In this document: positions 8,850 to 18,333 of the stretch, piece after piece | Numbering within the stretch: position 1 is the first letter of the stretch | How the letters are laid out: each line of letters opens with the position of its first letter | Assembly: GCA_964424775.1 (NCBI GenBank) | Contig: CAYRJZ010000002.1 | Span: forward strand, 141,806 to 205,805 | Origin: an uncultured Gammaproteobacteria bacterium | GTDB taxonomy: Bacteria; Patescibacteriota; Microgenomatia; Levybacterales; UBA12049 | Reading direction: 5' to 3' | Length of the DNA stretch: 64,000 nt | Program-made: the position numbers and the translations under genes | Notes under the pieces: model-generated | What the model was told of the DNA's origin: nothing | What the model saw: only the letters and a program-made list of their open reading frames with translations | The model's database searches: none

Positions 8850-9482
8850 ATGAAGTTGCGTCCTCTGAAGATGGAAGATCCTCTTTTGCGAAAAAAGTGT
8901 ATTTCAATTGAAAAAAAAGATCTCCGAAAACAACAAATTCAAGAGAAAATAGAAGGATTACTCGATTTTGTCTATGGGAGTAATAATACAGGCGATGAAA
9001 GACTTCGAACTCGTCCTATGACTGTTGGGCTTTCTGCAAATCAAGTAGGGATGACAGAAAGGATTTCAGTAGTAGATCTCGCAATTGGGAGAAAAAGTTA
9101 TAGTGACATCCATGTTCTGATAAATCCTGAAATAATAAAAAAGAGTAAAACAACTCAAAAGCACACGGAAGGTTGTGTTAATTTTCCGTCTATTTGGGGG
9201 GAAGTGGAAAGGTATAAAAGTGTGACAGTAAAAGCACTTGATAGATCAGGGAATGAAATAATCCTTAAGCTCACAGGATGGCCTGCAGTCCTTCTTCAAC
9301 ACGAAATAGACCATCTCAACGGTATCCTCTTTATTGACCACCTCACAGACCCTACAAAAGCCCACTATGTAACAGAAGAGGACTATATGACGTATAAGAA
9401 GAATAAGAAAGAGTGGAGGAAGACTATTGATGTAAGTACTTTTTTATATAATATAAAACACGTAGTTCTTAACGATGAATAA
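8850..9482 (+). CDS. def: Peptide deformylase
   Basis: Motif 1 GLSANQVG, motif 2 EGCVNFP, and motif 3 QHEIDHLNG (HExxH). Confidence 0.8.
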   Translation: MKLRPLKMEDPLLRKKCISIEKKDLRKQQIQEKIEGLLDFVYGSNNTGDERLRTRPMTVGLSANQVGMTERISVVDLAIGRKSYSDIHVLINPEIIKKSKTTQKHTEGCVNFPSIWGEVERYKSVTVKALDRSGNEIILKLTGWPAVLLQHEIDHLNGILFIDHLTDPTKAHYVTEEDYMTYKKNKKEWRKTIDVSTFLYNIKHVVLNDE

Positions 9483-9717
9483 AGAAGAATATTTAAAAGA
9501 GCAGTTGCGTTCTAAAAGATTGAATTTATATTTACAAGGTATTCATGATCTTTTCGCCGAGGATGTAGTTGCCCTGGTACAACTCTGTTATAAATTAGGA
9601 GCTACTTATGATGATATTGGTAATGCCTTAGGTATAAGTAGACAAAGAGTATATCAGAAGTTTCCAAAAAAGTCTGTAGAGAAATATAACAAAAAATTTT
9701 CAAGTAAATTTAAATAA
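9475..9717 (+). CDS. Small HTH protein (resolvase/transposase- or sigma-region-4-like helix-turn-helix)
   Basis: 80 aa. …YDDIGNALGISRQRVYQKF… is a typical HTH recognition helix. It overlaps the def stop by 8 nt. The segment is AT-rich. Confidence 0.35.
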   Translation: MNKEEYLKEQLRSKRLNLYLQGIHDLFAEDVVALVQLCYKLGATYDDIGNALGISRQRVYQKFPKKSVEKYNKKFSSKFK

Positions 9718-9720
9718 TTT

Positions 9721-10323
9721 ATGAATTTATCAGAGTATTTTTCATTATTATCATTATTAGTTGATTTGATAAAGATTATAATCCCGTATTTATTTTTTCT
9801 ATTTATCTTTTTAAGATTACAAGGTGAAATTAAAGCAGTTTTAAGTAGGGGAGGTTGGAAATTAAGTGGGCCAGGTGGATTATCAATTGAGCAACAATTT
9901 TTAGTAAAAGACTCAAACAGTCAAAAGAAAGTCGAAGATATCAATAAAGAGTTAAAAGGCTCTCAAGAAAAAAGTCTTGAGGAAAAAAATGCATCACTTG
10001 AAAATGAAAAGAGAAAATTTTTTATGTGGTATCACTTTGAAAAAACATATAGAATCATTTTTGCGAGTCAAATCGAGCTTTTAGAGAGAGTTAATAATGA
10101 AGGAAGTGTCTCATTACATGAAGCTGAACTATCTTATTCAAAGACTATTTGGTCAAAACTCTCTAATTCAGATTTTAATCGGTATATTGGCTTCCTTAAA
10201 TATTCCGGTCTTTTAGAAGATAAAGACAAAAACACACTTAAAATTACTCCTGTTGGTATTTTATTTTTAAAATATATACATAATAATAAGTTGTTGAAAA
10301 AAGACAATGACTTATATTACTAA
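9721..10323 (+). CDS. Hypothetical membrane-anchored coiled-coil protein
   Basis: N-terminal hydrophobic segment, then a K/E-rich coiled-coil-like stretch. No recognisable catalytic motif. The coding sequence is very AT-rich. Confidence 0.3.
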   Translation: MNLSEYFSLLSLLVDLIKIIIPYLFFLFIFLRLQGEIKAVLSRGGWKLSGPGGLSIEQQFLVKDSNSQKKVEDINKELKGSQEKSLEEKNASLENEKRKFFMWYHFEKTYRIIFASQIELLERVNNEGSVSLHEAELSYSKTIWSKLSNSDFNRYIGFLKYSGLLEDKDKNTLKITPVGILFLKYIHNNKLLKKDNDLYY

Positions 10324-10347
10324 TGTATTTTTTACAATAATTGAAGT

Positions 10348-11076
10348 ATGAAGAACGCCTTATATTCAAGATTCCATAAAAGAACAAATTCCCAAAGAAA
10401 AGTAATCGATGAAAATAACTTTACTTATAAATTAATTCTAAGGACATTAAGCAAATACATAAAGAAAAATAAAAAAATATTAGATATTGGATGTGGTGCA
10501 GGTACTATAGCTTTATATTGTGGATCAAAAGGAAATAATGTTCTAGGAATTGACATTTCTGCTGAGGCTATTAGAGCTGCAAAGAAAAGTGCAAGTTTTT
10601 TAGAATTAAATAATGTTAAATTTGAGACAAGAAATTTTCCAGTTGAATACCCAAAAGCTAAATATGATTTAATAATCTGCACAGAAGTAATTGAGCACCT
10701 TGAAGATGATAAAAAGGCATTAAAAACAATTTATAAACTACTCAGCCCAAACGGGATTGCAATCATTTCAACCCCTTCAAGGAATGCTCCACTTTATCGT
10801 TTGGGTTTGGCCAATGGGTTTGATAAAAGAGTAGGTCACTTACGTAGATACTCATTAGAAAATCTTATTGAACTTTCAAAGCAGTGTGGTTTTAAAGTAG
10901 TAACAGACTACAAACAGGAAGGTATAATTCGAAACTCACTATTTATTCTCCCGTATTTTGGAGAACTTATTAGGTTAATTAAATTCCAACTTGTAGATGT
11001 TGTTACATATATAGATAATATTTCACTTAAATTGTTTGGAGAGTCACAACTTTTTATTGTGTTAAAAAAGAAATGA
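10348..11076 (+). CDS. Class I SAM-dependent methyltransferase
   Basis: Motif I ILDIGCGAGTIALY. …VLGIDIS… and …LSPNGIAIIST… match the Methyltransf_11/23 pattern. Confidence 0.7.
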   Translation: MKNALYSRFHKRTNSQRKVIDENNFTYKLILRTLSKYIKKNKKILDIGCGAGTIALYCGSKGNNVLGIDISAEAIRAAKKSASFLELNNVKFETRNFPVEYPKAKYDLIICTEVIEHLEDDKKALKTIYKLLSPNGIAIISTPSRNAPLYRLGLANGFDKRVGHLRRYSLENLIELSKQCGFKVVTDYKQEGIIRNSLFILPYFGELIRLIKFQLVDVVTYIDNISLKLFGESQLFIVLKKK

Positions 11077-12089
11077 AGATAGTGTTTTTTACCAGACTTT
11101 TTTATCCGCATAGAGGTGGTGTGGAAAAACACGTTTATGAAATCTCCAAAAGACTCAAAAAGGAAGGACACGACGTAACAATATTTACTGAAGATATTCC
11201 GGAAGCCAAAAATTATAAAGATGAATTTCATGTCATTCGACTGAAAGTAGGGAAGGATGACAGGGGAAAAAAGGACAGAATTTGGAAAGCTCTTTGGAAA
11301 TATAATGATCTTATATTTCATGCAGACATTGTGCACTGTCATGACGTTTTCTTCTGGTATCTGCCTTTTAAAATTCTTCGTCCTTTTAAAAAAGTCTATA
11401 CAACGTTTCATGGATATGAGACTCATTTTCCGCCAAAGAAAAATGCCATCATGGTAAGAAAAGTTAGTGAACTTCTCTCAACTGGAACTATCAATGTCGG
11501 GAAATTTATCTCTAAGTGGTATCACTCACACCCTACTTATGTGACTTATGGGGGAGTCGATGGTATTGATGAAAGTAAGATGGTGCCTCCAGGGAAAAGA
11601 CTGAAGATACTTTTTGTCGGACGTATAGAAGAAGATAATAGTATCTATGTCTACAATGAAGTTTTGCATATACTATCTACTCAGGGAATTGATTTTGAAT
11701 TTACCGCATTAGGCGATGGAAGTCTTAGAAAAGAATTTCAAAGATGGGGAGAAGTAAGAGGTTTCGTTGAGAAACCCAGAGAGTATATTAAGAAAGCAGA
11801 TATTATTTTCGCATCATCCTACTTAAGTATTCTCGATTCTTTAGCTGAAAAGAAAGTGGTAATGAGTATCTACCAGAATGAGCTGAAAAAGGATTATCTA
11901 AAAATGTCACCTATTGCAAAATATATCACAATAGCTTCAGAGCCAACACAAATTGCAGTCAAGATAAAACATTTTCGATCCGACCCTTCATCCTTTTCTA
12001 CAGCAATCAACGATGGCTTTGATTGGGTTTCTACCCAAACCTGGGAAAATGTAGTTGAGGTATATAAAAAATTATGGAAAATAAATTAA
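11073..12089 (+). CDS. GT-B glycosyltransferase (GT4-like)
   Basis: MKIVFFTRLFYPHRGGVEKHVYEISKRL… is the GT4 N-terminal domain, followed by a GT-B C-terminal half. Confidence 0.65.
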   Translation: MKIVFFTRLFYPHRGGVEKHVYEISKRLKKEGHDVTIFTEDIPEAKNYKDEFHVIRLKVGKDDRGKKDRIWKALWKYNDLIFHADIVHCHDVFFWYLPFKILRPFKKVYTTFHGYETHFPPKKNAIMVRKVSELLSTGTINVGKFISKWYHSHPTYVTYGGVDGIDESKMVPPGKRLKILFVGRIEEDNSIYVYNEVLHILSTQGIDFEFTALGDGSLRKEFQRWGEVRGFVEKPREYIKKADIIFASSYLSILDSLAEKKVVMSIYQNELKKDYLKMSPIAKYITIASEPTQIAVKIKHFRSDPSSFSTAINDGFDWVSTQTWENVVEVYKKLWKIN

Positions 12090-13255
12090 AAATACTTAAG
12101 CCAATATGTTTACTTATATTATTGTGTGTTCTTGTTGCACAAAGTATTACAGGAATCACACTGCCACCAAGTGATGGTGATAGTTCTGCTTATCACATAC
12201 CAATTGCAAAAAGTTTTATTGACGGCCAGATACTCAATCCTCCATCGACTCATTTTGACTTGTTATATTATCCTGCTTCTTCAAATTTACTGCTTGTACC
12301 CTTCATTCTTATGAGTATTCCACTCAATCTCTACAATGTTGTAGGTTGGCTGATTTTAGTTGTCACTCTTTATTACGTGGGTCGTGCTGCCTCTTTAAGT
12401 CATATAAGTTCGCTCGTCTTCACAACAGGCTTTTCAACTATTATATCTCTCGTCCGGCTCATGAATACACAAAGTATAGATCTGTACCTTACTCTCTTCT
12501 ATGCTCTCTCACTTATTCTGATTTTGAACTGGAGATCTAGCACTTGGCAGTATTTATTGCTAGGTAGTGCATTTGGCATGATAATTGGCTCTAAATACTC
12601 CGGTCCATTTTTTGTGATTACTCTTATTTTAGTCTTTGGGCAACAATTTCTGAAGCATATAAATGTTAAAAAAGTTATTGTGTTTATTATTCCATTATTT
12701 TTGTTAGGAGGCATATGGTATGTGAGAAACTTCCTCTTAAAAAGCAATCCCTTTTATCCTGGTGAATTTCTCACTTTTCCATCTAATTCAAATTTTCACC
12801 TTCAGGATTGGTCTACCTTCAGGACTCTCACATACTCACTTGATGGGATTACCAAATTTGTAAATGCTTTTCTTTCGGAATACCTCCTAGTAGGAATTAT
12901 AAGTATTATTACTCCTCTTGTTCTTTTTCTTTCAAAGAATAAAAATTTGTTAATGACAAAACTTGTTCTAGTTGGGTGTATAAATTTTATTATCTATTTA
13001 TTTTTACCCTCATGGCCAGAAAATATTGTTTCAGATATGCGGTATAGTCATGTAGCCATTCTTCCACTTTTTCTCTCAGCATTTCTTCTCTTTCAAAAGA
13101 GAAAAGAGTATTCCCTTTTCCTCTCAATAATTGTCATGAATGCTGTTTTTGTTCTTTCATACTTAGGTCACAAACCGAAAATCCTTCTCATAGCTGTAAT
13201 CTTATTTCTCGCATTTTATTCATTTACGAGATGGAGGAAGATTGAGTTACTATGA
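12074..13255 (+). CDS. Polytopic membrane protein, GT-C fold candidate
   Basis: About 11 transmembrane segments, with an acidic/aromatic first extracytoplasmic loop (…PSDGDSSAYHIPIAKSF…). Confidence 0.45.
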   Translation: MENKLKILKPICLLILLCVLVAQSITGITLPPSDGDSSAYHIPIAKSFIDGQILNPPSTHFDLLYYPASSNLLLVPFILMSIPLNLYNVVGWLILVVTLYYVGRAASLSHISSLVFTTGFSTIISLVRLMNTQSIDLYLTLFYALSLILILNWRSSTWQYLLLGSAFGMIIGSKYSGPFFVITLILVFGQQFLKHINVKKVIVFIIPLFLLGGIWYVRNFLLKSNPFYPGEFLTFPSNSNFHLQDWSTFRTLTYSLDGITKFVNAFLSEYLLVGIISIITPLVLFLSKNKNLLMTKLVLVGCINFIIYLFLPSWPENIVSDMRYSHVAILPLFLSAFLLFQKRKEYSLFLSIIVMNAVFVLSYLGHKPKILLIAVILFLAFYSFTRWRKIELL

Positions 13256-14178
13256 AAAAATCACTTATCGTTACCATACTTAATGAAGAAAAAAATATTG
13301 CCTCACTCCTTGAGTCAGTTGTTCAGCAGAAAGAGAGACCTGATGAAGTAATAATTGTTGATGGTGGATCAAAAGATAATACGTGGAAAATTTTAAAGGA
13401 ATATGAAGAAAAGTATTCTTTTATTAAACCACTCAGAAGGCGTGGAAATAGGTCGGTGGGTCGAAATGCTGCAATAGAGGTAGCAAGAGGGGACATTATT
13501 CTCATTACTGATGCTGGGTGTGTTCTGGATAGAGAATGGGTCAAGGAGATAACCCAACCATTTTCGCAAAAAGATGTCGATATTGTTGCTGGGTATTATA
13601 AAGGTACCTATTCTACACCTTTTCAAAAAGCACTCATTCCGTATGTTCTTGTCATGCCTGATAAAGTAGATCCAGAAACTTTTTTACCTGCGACCCGATC
13701 TATGGCTATGCGAAAAAAAGTGTGGGAAGATCTGGGTGGATTTGATGAAAAATATTCTCATAATGAAGATTATGTTTTCGCACGTAAAGCAAAAAAACTC
13801 AATAAAAAAATTGTTTTTGCTGAGAATGCAATTACAATGTGGTATCCTCGTACAAATGCAAAGGAGGCATTTTATATGTTCTATCGATTTGCATATGGTG
13901 ACGCAGAGGCCGGGGTAATAAGACCGAAAGTAGTGCTCCTCTTTATTCGATATATTATGGCTTTCATTTTATCTGTGAGTACAATCGTTTTGAGATCTGA
14001 ATTTCTTTTTTATACTCTTGCCATACTACTGCTGGTTTATATTATCTGGGCAATAATGAAAAATTATTCTTATGTAAAAATATGGCAGGGACTTGTTCTT
14101 CTGCCTTTTATTCAATTTATTGCTGATTTCGCAATTCTTAAAGGAACGATGAAAGGGTTAACTAAAAGTGGGATATAA
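13252..14178 (+). CDS. GT2 glycosyltransferase with C-terminal transmembrane helices (GtrB/polyprenyl-phosphate sugar synthase-like)
   Basis: …IVTILNEEKNI…VIIVDGGSKDNT…ITDAGCV…, followed by 2-3 transmembrane helices at the C-terminus. Confidence 0.75.
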   Translation: MKKSLIVTILNEEKNIASLLESVVQQKERPDEVIIVDGGSKDNTWKILKEYEEKYSFIKPLRRRGNRSVGRNAAIEVARGDIILITDAGCVLDREWVKEITQPFSQKDVDIVAGYYKGTYSTPFQKALIPYVLVMPDKVDPETFLPATRSMAMRKKVWEDLGGFDEKYSHNEDYVFARKAKKLNKKIVFAENAITMWYPRTNAKEAFYMFYRFAYGDAEAGVIRPKVVLLFIRYIMAFILSVSTIVLRSEFLFYTLAILLLVYIIWAIMKNYSYVKIWQGLVLLPFIQFIADFAILKGTMKGLTKSGI

Positions 14179-15385
14179 AAGGGATACGATTAGGGGGATA
14201 TCGTGGATAGGAAGTTTTCGAATTGTAACACGAGCAATTTCATTTATCAGGACAGCAATACTTGCACGTTTTCTGTCTCCACTTGATTTTGGGATGTTCG
14301 GGATTGCGACCTTAGTGCTCGCTTTTTTGGAAATTATCACCGAAACAGGAATTAATATCATTCTAGTTCAGAAGAAAGAGAAAATTGATGAGTATATAGA
14401 CACAGCTTGGGTAACTTCAATTGTGAGGGGTTTTCTTATTTTTCTCATTATATTTTTCTCAACTCCATATATCGTTTCATTTTTTAATGAGTATAGAGCT
14501 ACTCAGCTTCTTTATATAATTAGTCTTGTTCCACTCATACGAGGGTTTATCAACCCATCAGTTGCAAAATTTGTAAAAGACCTGGACTTTAAGAAAGAAT
14601 TTATTTATAGAACATCCATTTTTGCTATTGAATCAATTGCAACACTTCTCGTTGTTGTGCTCACACAGAATATTTATGGACTGGTATTTGGTCTTTTGGT
14701 AGGAGCCCTGTTTGAAGTATTTCTTTCTTTTGTCATCATCAGACCTCTTCCGAAATTTAAATTTGAAAAAGGTAAATTAATAGAAATTATTGGAAAAGGA
14801 AAATGGCTGACTGCAACTGGAGTATTACAGTATTTGTACCAGAATATTGACGATGTATTTGTAGCAAAGATTGTAAATGTCAGTTCATTTGGACTTTATG
14901 ACATGGCATATCGAATTTCTATGCTACCTATTACAGAGGTATCGGATGTGATCGGCAGAGTAACATTTCCTGTATTTGTAAAGATGAATGATGAAAAAGA
15001 AAGACTACAGAGAGCATATCTAAAATCTCTTTTGATTATATGTGCACTCGTTACTCCGATGGGAATAATCTTCTATTTATTTCCTACTCAGATAATAGCA
15101 ATTCTTTTAGGAAATCACTGGCTTGAAGCAGCAAAAGTACTTCAGGTATTAGCGTTTTTTGGTGTATCAAGAGCCTTGACGCAAAGTACAATCGCCCCTC
15201 TTTATGCCCTTGAGAAGCAAGATGCTATTACCAAGATATCTATACTCAATCTCATTGCTCTTCTCATTTTAATTTATCCTTTTACTATTACGTTTGGAGT
15301 TGTAGGTGCCGGGTATGCTGCACTATTAGCAAATATAATATCAATACCTTATATTTTTTATATCGTCAGGAAGTATTTGTTTTAA
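14168..15385 (+). CDS. Wzx-like oligosaccharide/polysaccharide flippase (MOP superfamily)
   Basis: 405 aa with about 12 transmembrane segments. The N-terminus resembles the polysaccharide biosynthesis protein family (…AILARFLSPLDFGMFG…). Confidence 0.6.
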   Translation: MGYKRDTIRGISWIGSFRIVTRAISFIRTAILARFLSPLDFGMFGIATLVLAFLEIITETGINIILVQKKEKIDEYIDTAWVTSIVRGFLIFLIIFFSTPYIVSFFNEYRATQLLYIISLVPLIRGFINPSVAKFVKDLDFKKEFIYRTSIFAIESIATLLVVVLTQNIYGLVFGLLVGALFEVFLSFVIIRPLPKFKFEKGKLIEIIGKGKWLTATGVLQYLYQNIDDVFVAKIVNVSSFGLYDMAYRISMLPITEVSDVIGRVTFPVFVKMNDEKERLQRAYLKSLLIICALVTPMGIIFYLFPTQIIAILLGNHWLEAAKVLQVLAFFGVSRALTQSTIAPLYALEKQDAITKISILNLIALLILIYPFTITFGVVGAGYAALLANIISIPYIFYIVRKYLF

Positions 15386-16320
15386 AGGGAGTTAAGTTTT
15401 TTAAGGAAGCCTGGGGTCAATTTCTTCTTAGTACAGATTAAATTAGTGTCATAAAGTTTTCGTGCAACATAGTCATCAATGAGAGCCTTTTTTGAAGTTA
15501 ATGATATTGTTTTGTTTTCTTCACTAACTAAATATAAATAGAAGTGTCTTTTTTCAAGAAAGGTCAGATATTCAGAAATACTACTATTACTCATTTTGAG
15601 CCCTTCGGGCCATAACTCAGTAAGAATAATAATATTTTTATTCATAGAAAGAAGCTTTTTCATTCCTAACATTGCATTCATTTCAGACCCTTGAATATCT
15701 ATCTTGATAAAGTCTACTGGAATTTTAAGTAAAAATTCATCTATGGCGATTTGCTGAACTTTAATTTCTTTTCGCAACTGTCCGTTATCAAATATTCTAT
15801 TATCACCAGTATTTCTTGTATTAACATGGAATGTAACTTTTCTCTTTTTTTCACCCACTGCTTTATTAATAAGTTCAACGTTACTAATATTATTCTCATA
15901 TATATTTTTTTGTAGAAGGGAAAAATTATGAGGATCTGGTTCAAATGAATACACGCGTCCTCTATCCCCTACAAGTGAAGAAGCAAGCAGTGAGTAGTAT
16001 CCAATATGGGCACCAATATCAAGTACTGTCCAGTCTTTCTTAATGATTTCTGAGAATATTTTTGTACAATATGGGTCCCAAACTTTGTGAGTTAATAATT
16101 CGTGAGAAATAATGGTGTCATTTTTATCAATATGCATAGTGTGACCGTTAATTTTAACTTTATGAGGCCTAAAAAGATTGTAGATAGAACGAGAAGTATC
16201 AAATTTTAATATTCGTGCAGTGAAGAAGTACTTCAGTCCTTTACTTGTAATATCATCGTGATAAATTTTAATATTTGATACTATTTTTTTATACATATTG
16301 TGTACATGGGCAAATTGCAA
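15382..16320 (-). CDS. FkbM-family methyltransferase
   Basis: …VLDIGAHIGYYSL…VYSFEPDPHNFSLLQKN… is the FkbM signature. It is the only minus-strand gene inside the island. Confidence 0.7.
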   Translation of the reverse strand: MQFAHVHNMYKKIVSNIKIYHDDITSKGLKYFFTARILKFDTSRSIYNLFRPHKVKINGHTMHIDKNDTIISHELLTHKVWDPYCTKIFSEIIKKDWTVLDIGAHIGYYSLLASSLVGDRGRVYSFEPDPHNFSLLQKNIYENNISNVELINKAVGEKKRKVTFHVNTRNTGDNRIFDNGQLRKEIKVQQIAIDEFLLKIPVDFIKIDIQGSEMNAMLGMKKLLSMNKNIIILTELWPEGLKMSNSSISEYLTFLEKRHFYLYLVSEENKTISLTSKKALIDDYVARKLYDTNLICTKKKLTPGFLKKLNSL

Positions 16321-16349
16321 TTCTATTGTAACATACGTACAATTGACAC

Positions 16350-17513
16350 GTGAGAAAGAAAAAAATAAAAATTGCCGTCATTCAGCAAACTCCTGATTTA
16401 GGTGGAGCAGAAACATACATGGCACTCCTTATGAAATCGTTTCAGGAAAACGGTGAAAAAGTGCTTCTAGCTACCAATCTTCAAAAATTTATTACCTATG
16501 TTGACCCACTTAAAATAAAGACTTTTAAAATTCCATTTATCTTAGATGTTATTGGGAATTATAAAGGGTTAATTAAATCATTTTTCTTTTTACCTCGAGC
16601 TTTTATATTTTATATTCAATTACTTCGAAGGTTTAAAAAAGAGCGGGTAAGCATCATTCTCATGAGTGGGTTTTCAGAAAAAATGCTTGTAACTTTTCTG
16701 TCACTTTTTATAAAAATACCTGTCGTTTGGTTTGAGTACGGTGCATTAACAACAATATTTAAAAGAAATTTTTACTTCCCAAAACTTCTTTATAAATTAT
16801 TGTGGAGAGTACCCTGTTATATCATCGTTCCGAGCCAGTATACCCGAGAAAGTATCTTACATGATACTTCAATTGATCCGAAAAAAATAATTTATATTCC
16901 TGACGGAGTCGTTTTACCAAAAATAAAAAAAGAAAAAAAAGAAGATATCAATCCAGAGTGGAAGAAGAAATTTATTATTGGTAATGTATCACGACTTACA
17001 AGAGAAAAAGGACAGCAATTTTTAATACAAGCAATGCCTCAGATTCTTGAAAAAATTCCACACGCACTCCTCTTAATCATTGGAACAGGGTGGGATAAAA
17101 ATTATTTTCAGTCATTAGTTGAAGAACACCATTTAGGGAAGTCAGTCCATTTTACAGATTATGTTGACAATTTGGATACTTACTATAACATCATGGATGT
17201 CTTTGTGTTTCCAACTGTGTGGGAGTTAGAAGGATTCGGACTGGTGAGTGCTGAAGCTATGGCACATGGAGTTCCGACAATTGGGAGTGATTTTGGTCCT
17301 GTACCGGAAGTGATATCGCATAATGTAACTGGATTGCTATTTAATGCAGGAGATGAAAAAGCTCTTGCTAATAGTATAATTGAGATATATAACTCTCAAG
17401 AAAAAAGGAAAATGTTTTCTGTGAAAGGAAGGGAGAAGGTAGAGAAAGAATTTTCAATAGACAAAGTGAGTCAAAGAATATTGCACTATCTTTACAGAAG
17501 AATACATGAATAA
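16350..17513 (+). CDS. GT-B glycosyltransferase (GT4/GT1)
   Basis: C-terminal motif …EGFGLVSAEAMAHGVPTIGSDFGPVPEVI…. Confidence 0.75.
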   Translation: MRKKKIKIAVIQQTPDLGGAETYMALLMKSFQENGEKVLLATNLQKFITYVDPLKIKTFKIPFILDVIGNYKGLIKSFFFLPRAFIFYIQLLRRFKKERVSIILMSGFSEKMLVTFLSLFIKIPVVWFEYGALTTIFKRNFYFPKLLYKLLWRVPCYIIVPSQYTRESILHDTSIDPKKIIYIPDGVVLPKIKKEKKEDINPEWKKKFIIGNVSRLTREKGQQFLIQAMPQILEKIPHALLLIIGTGWDKNYFQSLVEEHHLGKSVHFTDYVDNLDTYYNIMDVFVFPTVWELEGFGLVSAEAMAHGVPTIGSDFGPVPEVISHNVTGLLFNAGDEKALANSIIEIYNSQEKRKMFSVKGREKVEKEFSIDKVSQRILHYLYRRIHE

Positions 17514-18333
17514 ACTTTTAAATATTTATAGATTTATTTTTTGTCGACCGATATTTTATCGTTTTAATTATCACATCTTTCGAATTGCTTTACGTGGTGT
17601 TGGTGTCCTGAATTCTGAAGGAAATGACGTAACAGGTGAGCGATATTTTCAGCAACTGCTTAAAAAGAGAAAAATCGAGATAAATACCGTCTTTGATGTT
17701 GGAGCAAATGCAGGAGGATTTGTAATGGATATTATGAAAAGTTTTCCTACCTCAAAAATTCATGCATTTGAACCGCATCCACGGACGTTTACCTTATTAA
17801 AAAAGAATGTGAAGACGAAGAACGTGATACTTAACAATATCGGAATTGGTGAGAAAAATGCGTCCATTACTTTATGGGACTTTGCAGATGATGCCTTACT
17901 TAAACATACTCAACCAACATCAACTCTTGCATCTGTTCATAAAGAAGTAATAACAAAGCTTCACGGTCAAAAGGCTCAAGGTTTTAAAGCAAAAATGATT
18001 ACAGTTGATACATATTGCCATGAGAATAAAATAGAATCAATTGACATATTGAAAATGGATACAGAGGGAAATGAGTTAGATGTCTTAAAAGGTGCGAAGA
18101 AAATGATACAAAGAAATAAAGTTAAAATAGTTCAGTTTGAGTTCAATGAAATGAATGCATTTAGCCGGTCTTTTCTTAAGGATTTCTATGATGAGCTGCC
18201 ATATTATACTTTTTACCGCCTCATGCCATATGGTCTCTACCCACTAGGTGAATATAGGCCAAGCACGTGGGAGATCTTTGCATTTCAAAATATTGTTGCA
18301 GTGAGAAAAGATATTGTCACTCATCTCTCATGA
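17506..18333 (+). CDS. FkbM-family methyltransferase
   Basis: …VFDVGANAGGFVMD…HAFEPHPRTFTLLKKN…ILKMDTEGNELDVL…. Confidence 0.7.
   Translation: MNKLLNIYRFIFCRPIFYRFNYHIFRIALRGVGVLNSEGNDVTGERYFQQLLKKRKIEINTVFDVGANAGGFVMDIMKSFPTSKIHAFEPHPRTFTLLKKNVKTKNVILNNIGIGEKNASITLWDFADDALLKHTQPTSTLASVHKEVITKLHGQKAQGFKAKMITVDTYCHENKIESIDILKMDTEGNELDVLKGAKKMIQRNKVKIVQFEFNEMNAFSRSFLKDFYDELPYYTFYRLMPYGLYPLGEYRPSTWEIFAFQNIVAVRKDIVTHLS

Noticed and set aside
18267-18329. Track start of the GT-C gene at 18267 (MGDLCISKYCC…)
   Set aside because: It would overlap the FkbM gene by 67 nt. An ATG at 18330, in an ATGA overlap, gives a normal hydrophobic N-terminus.
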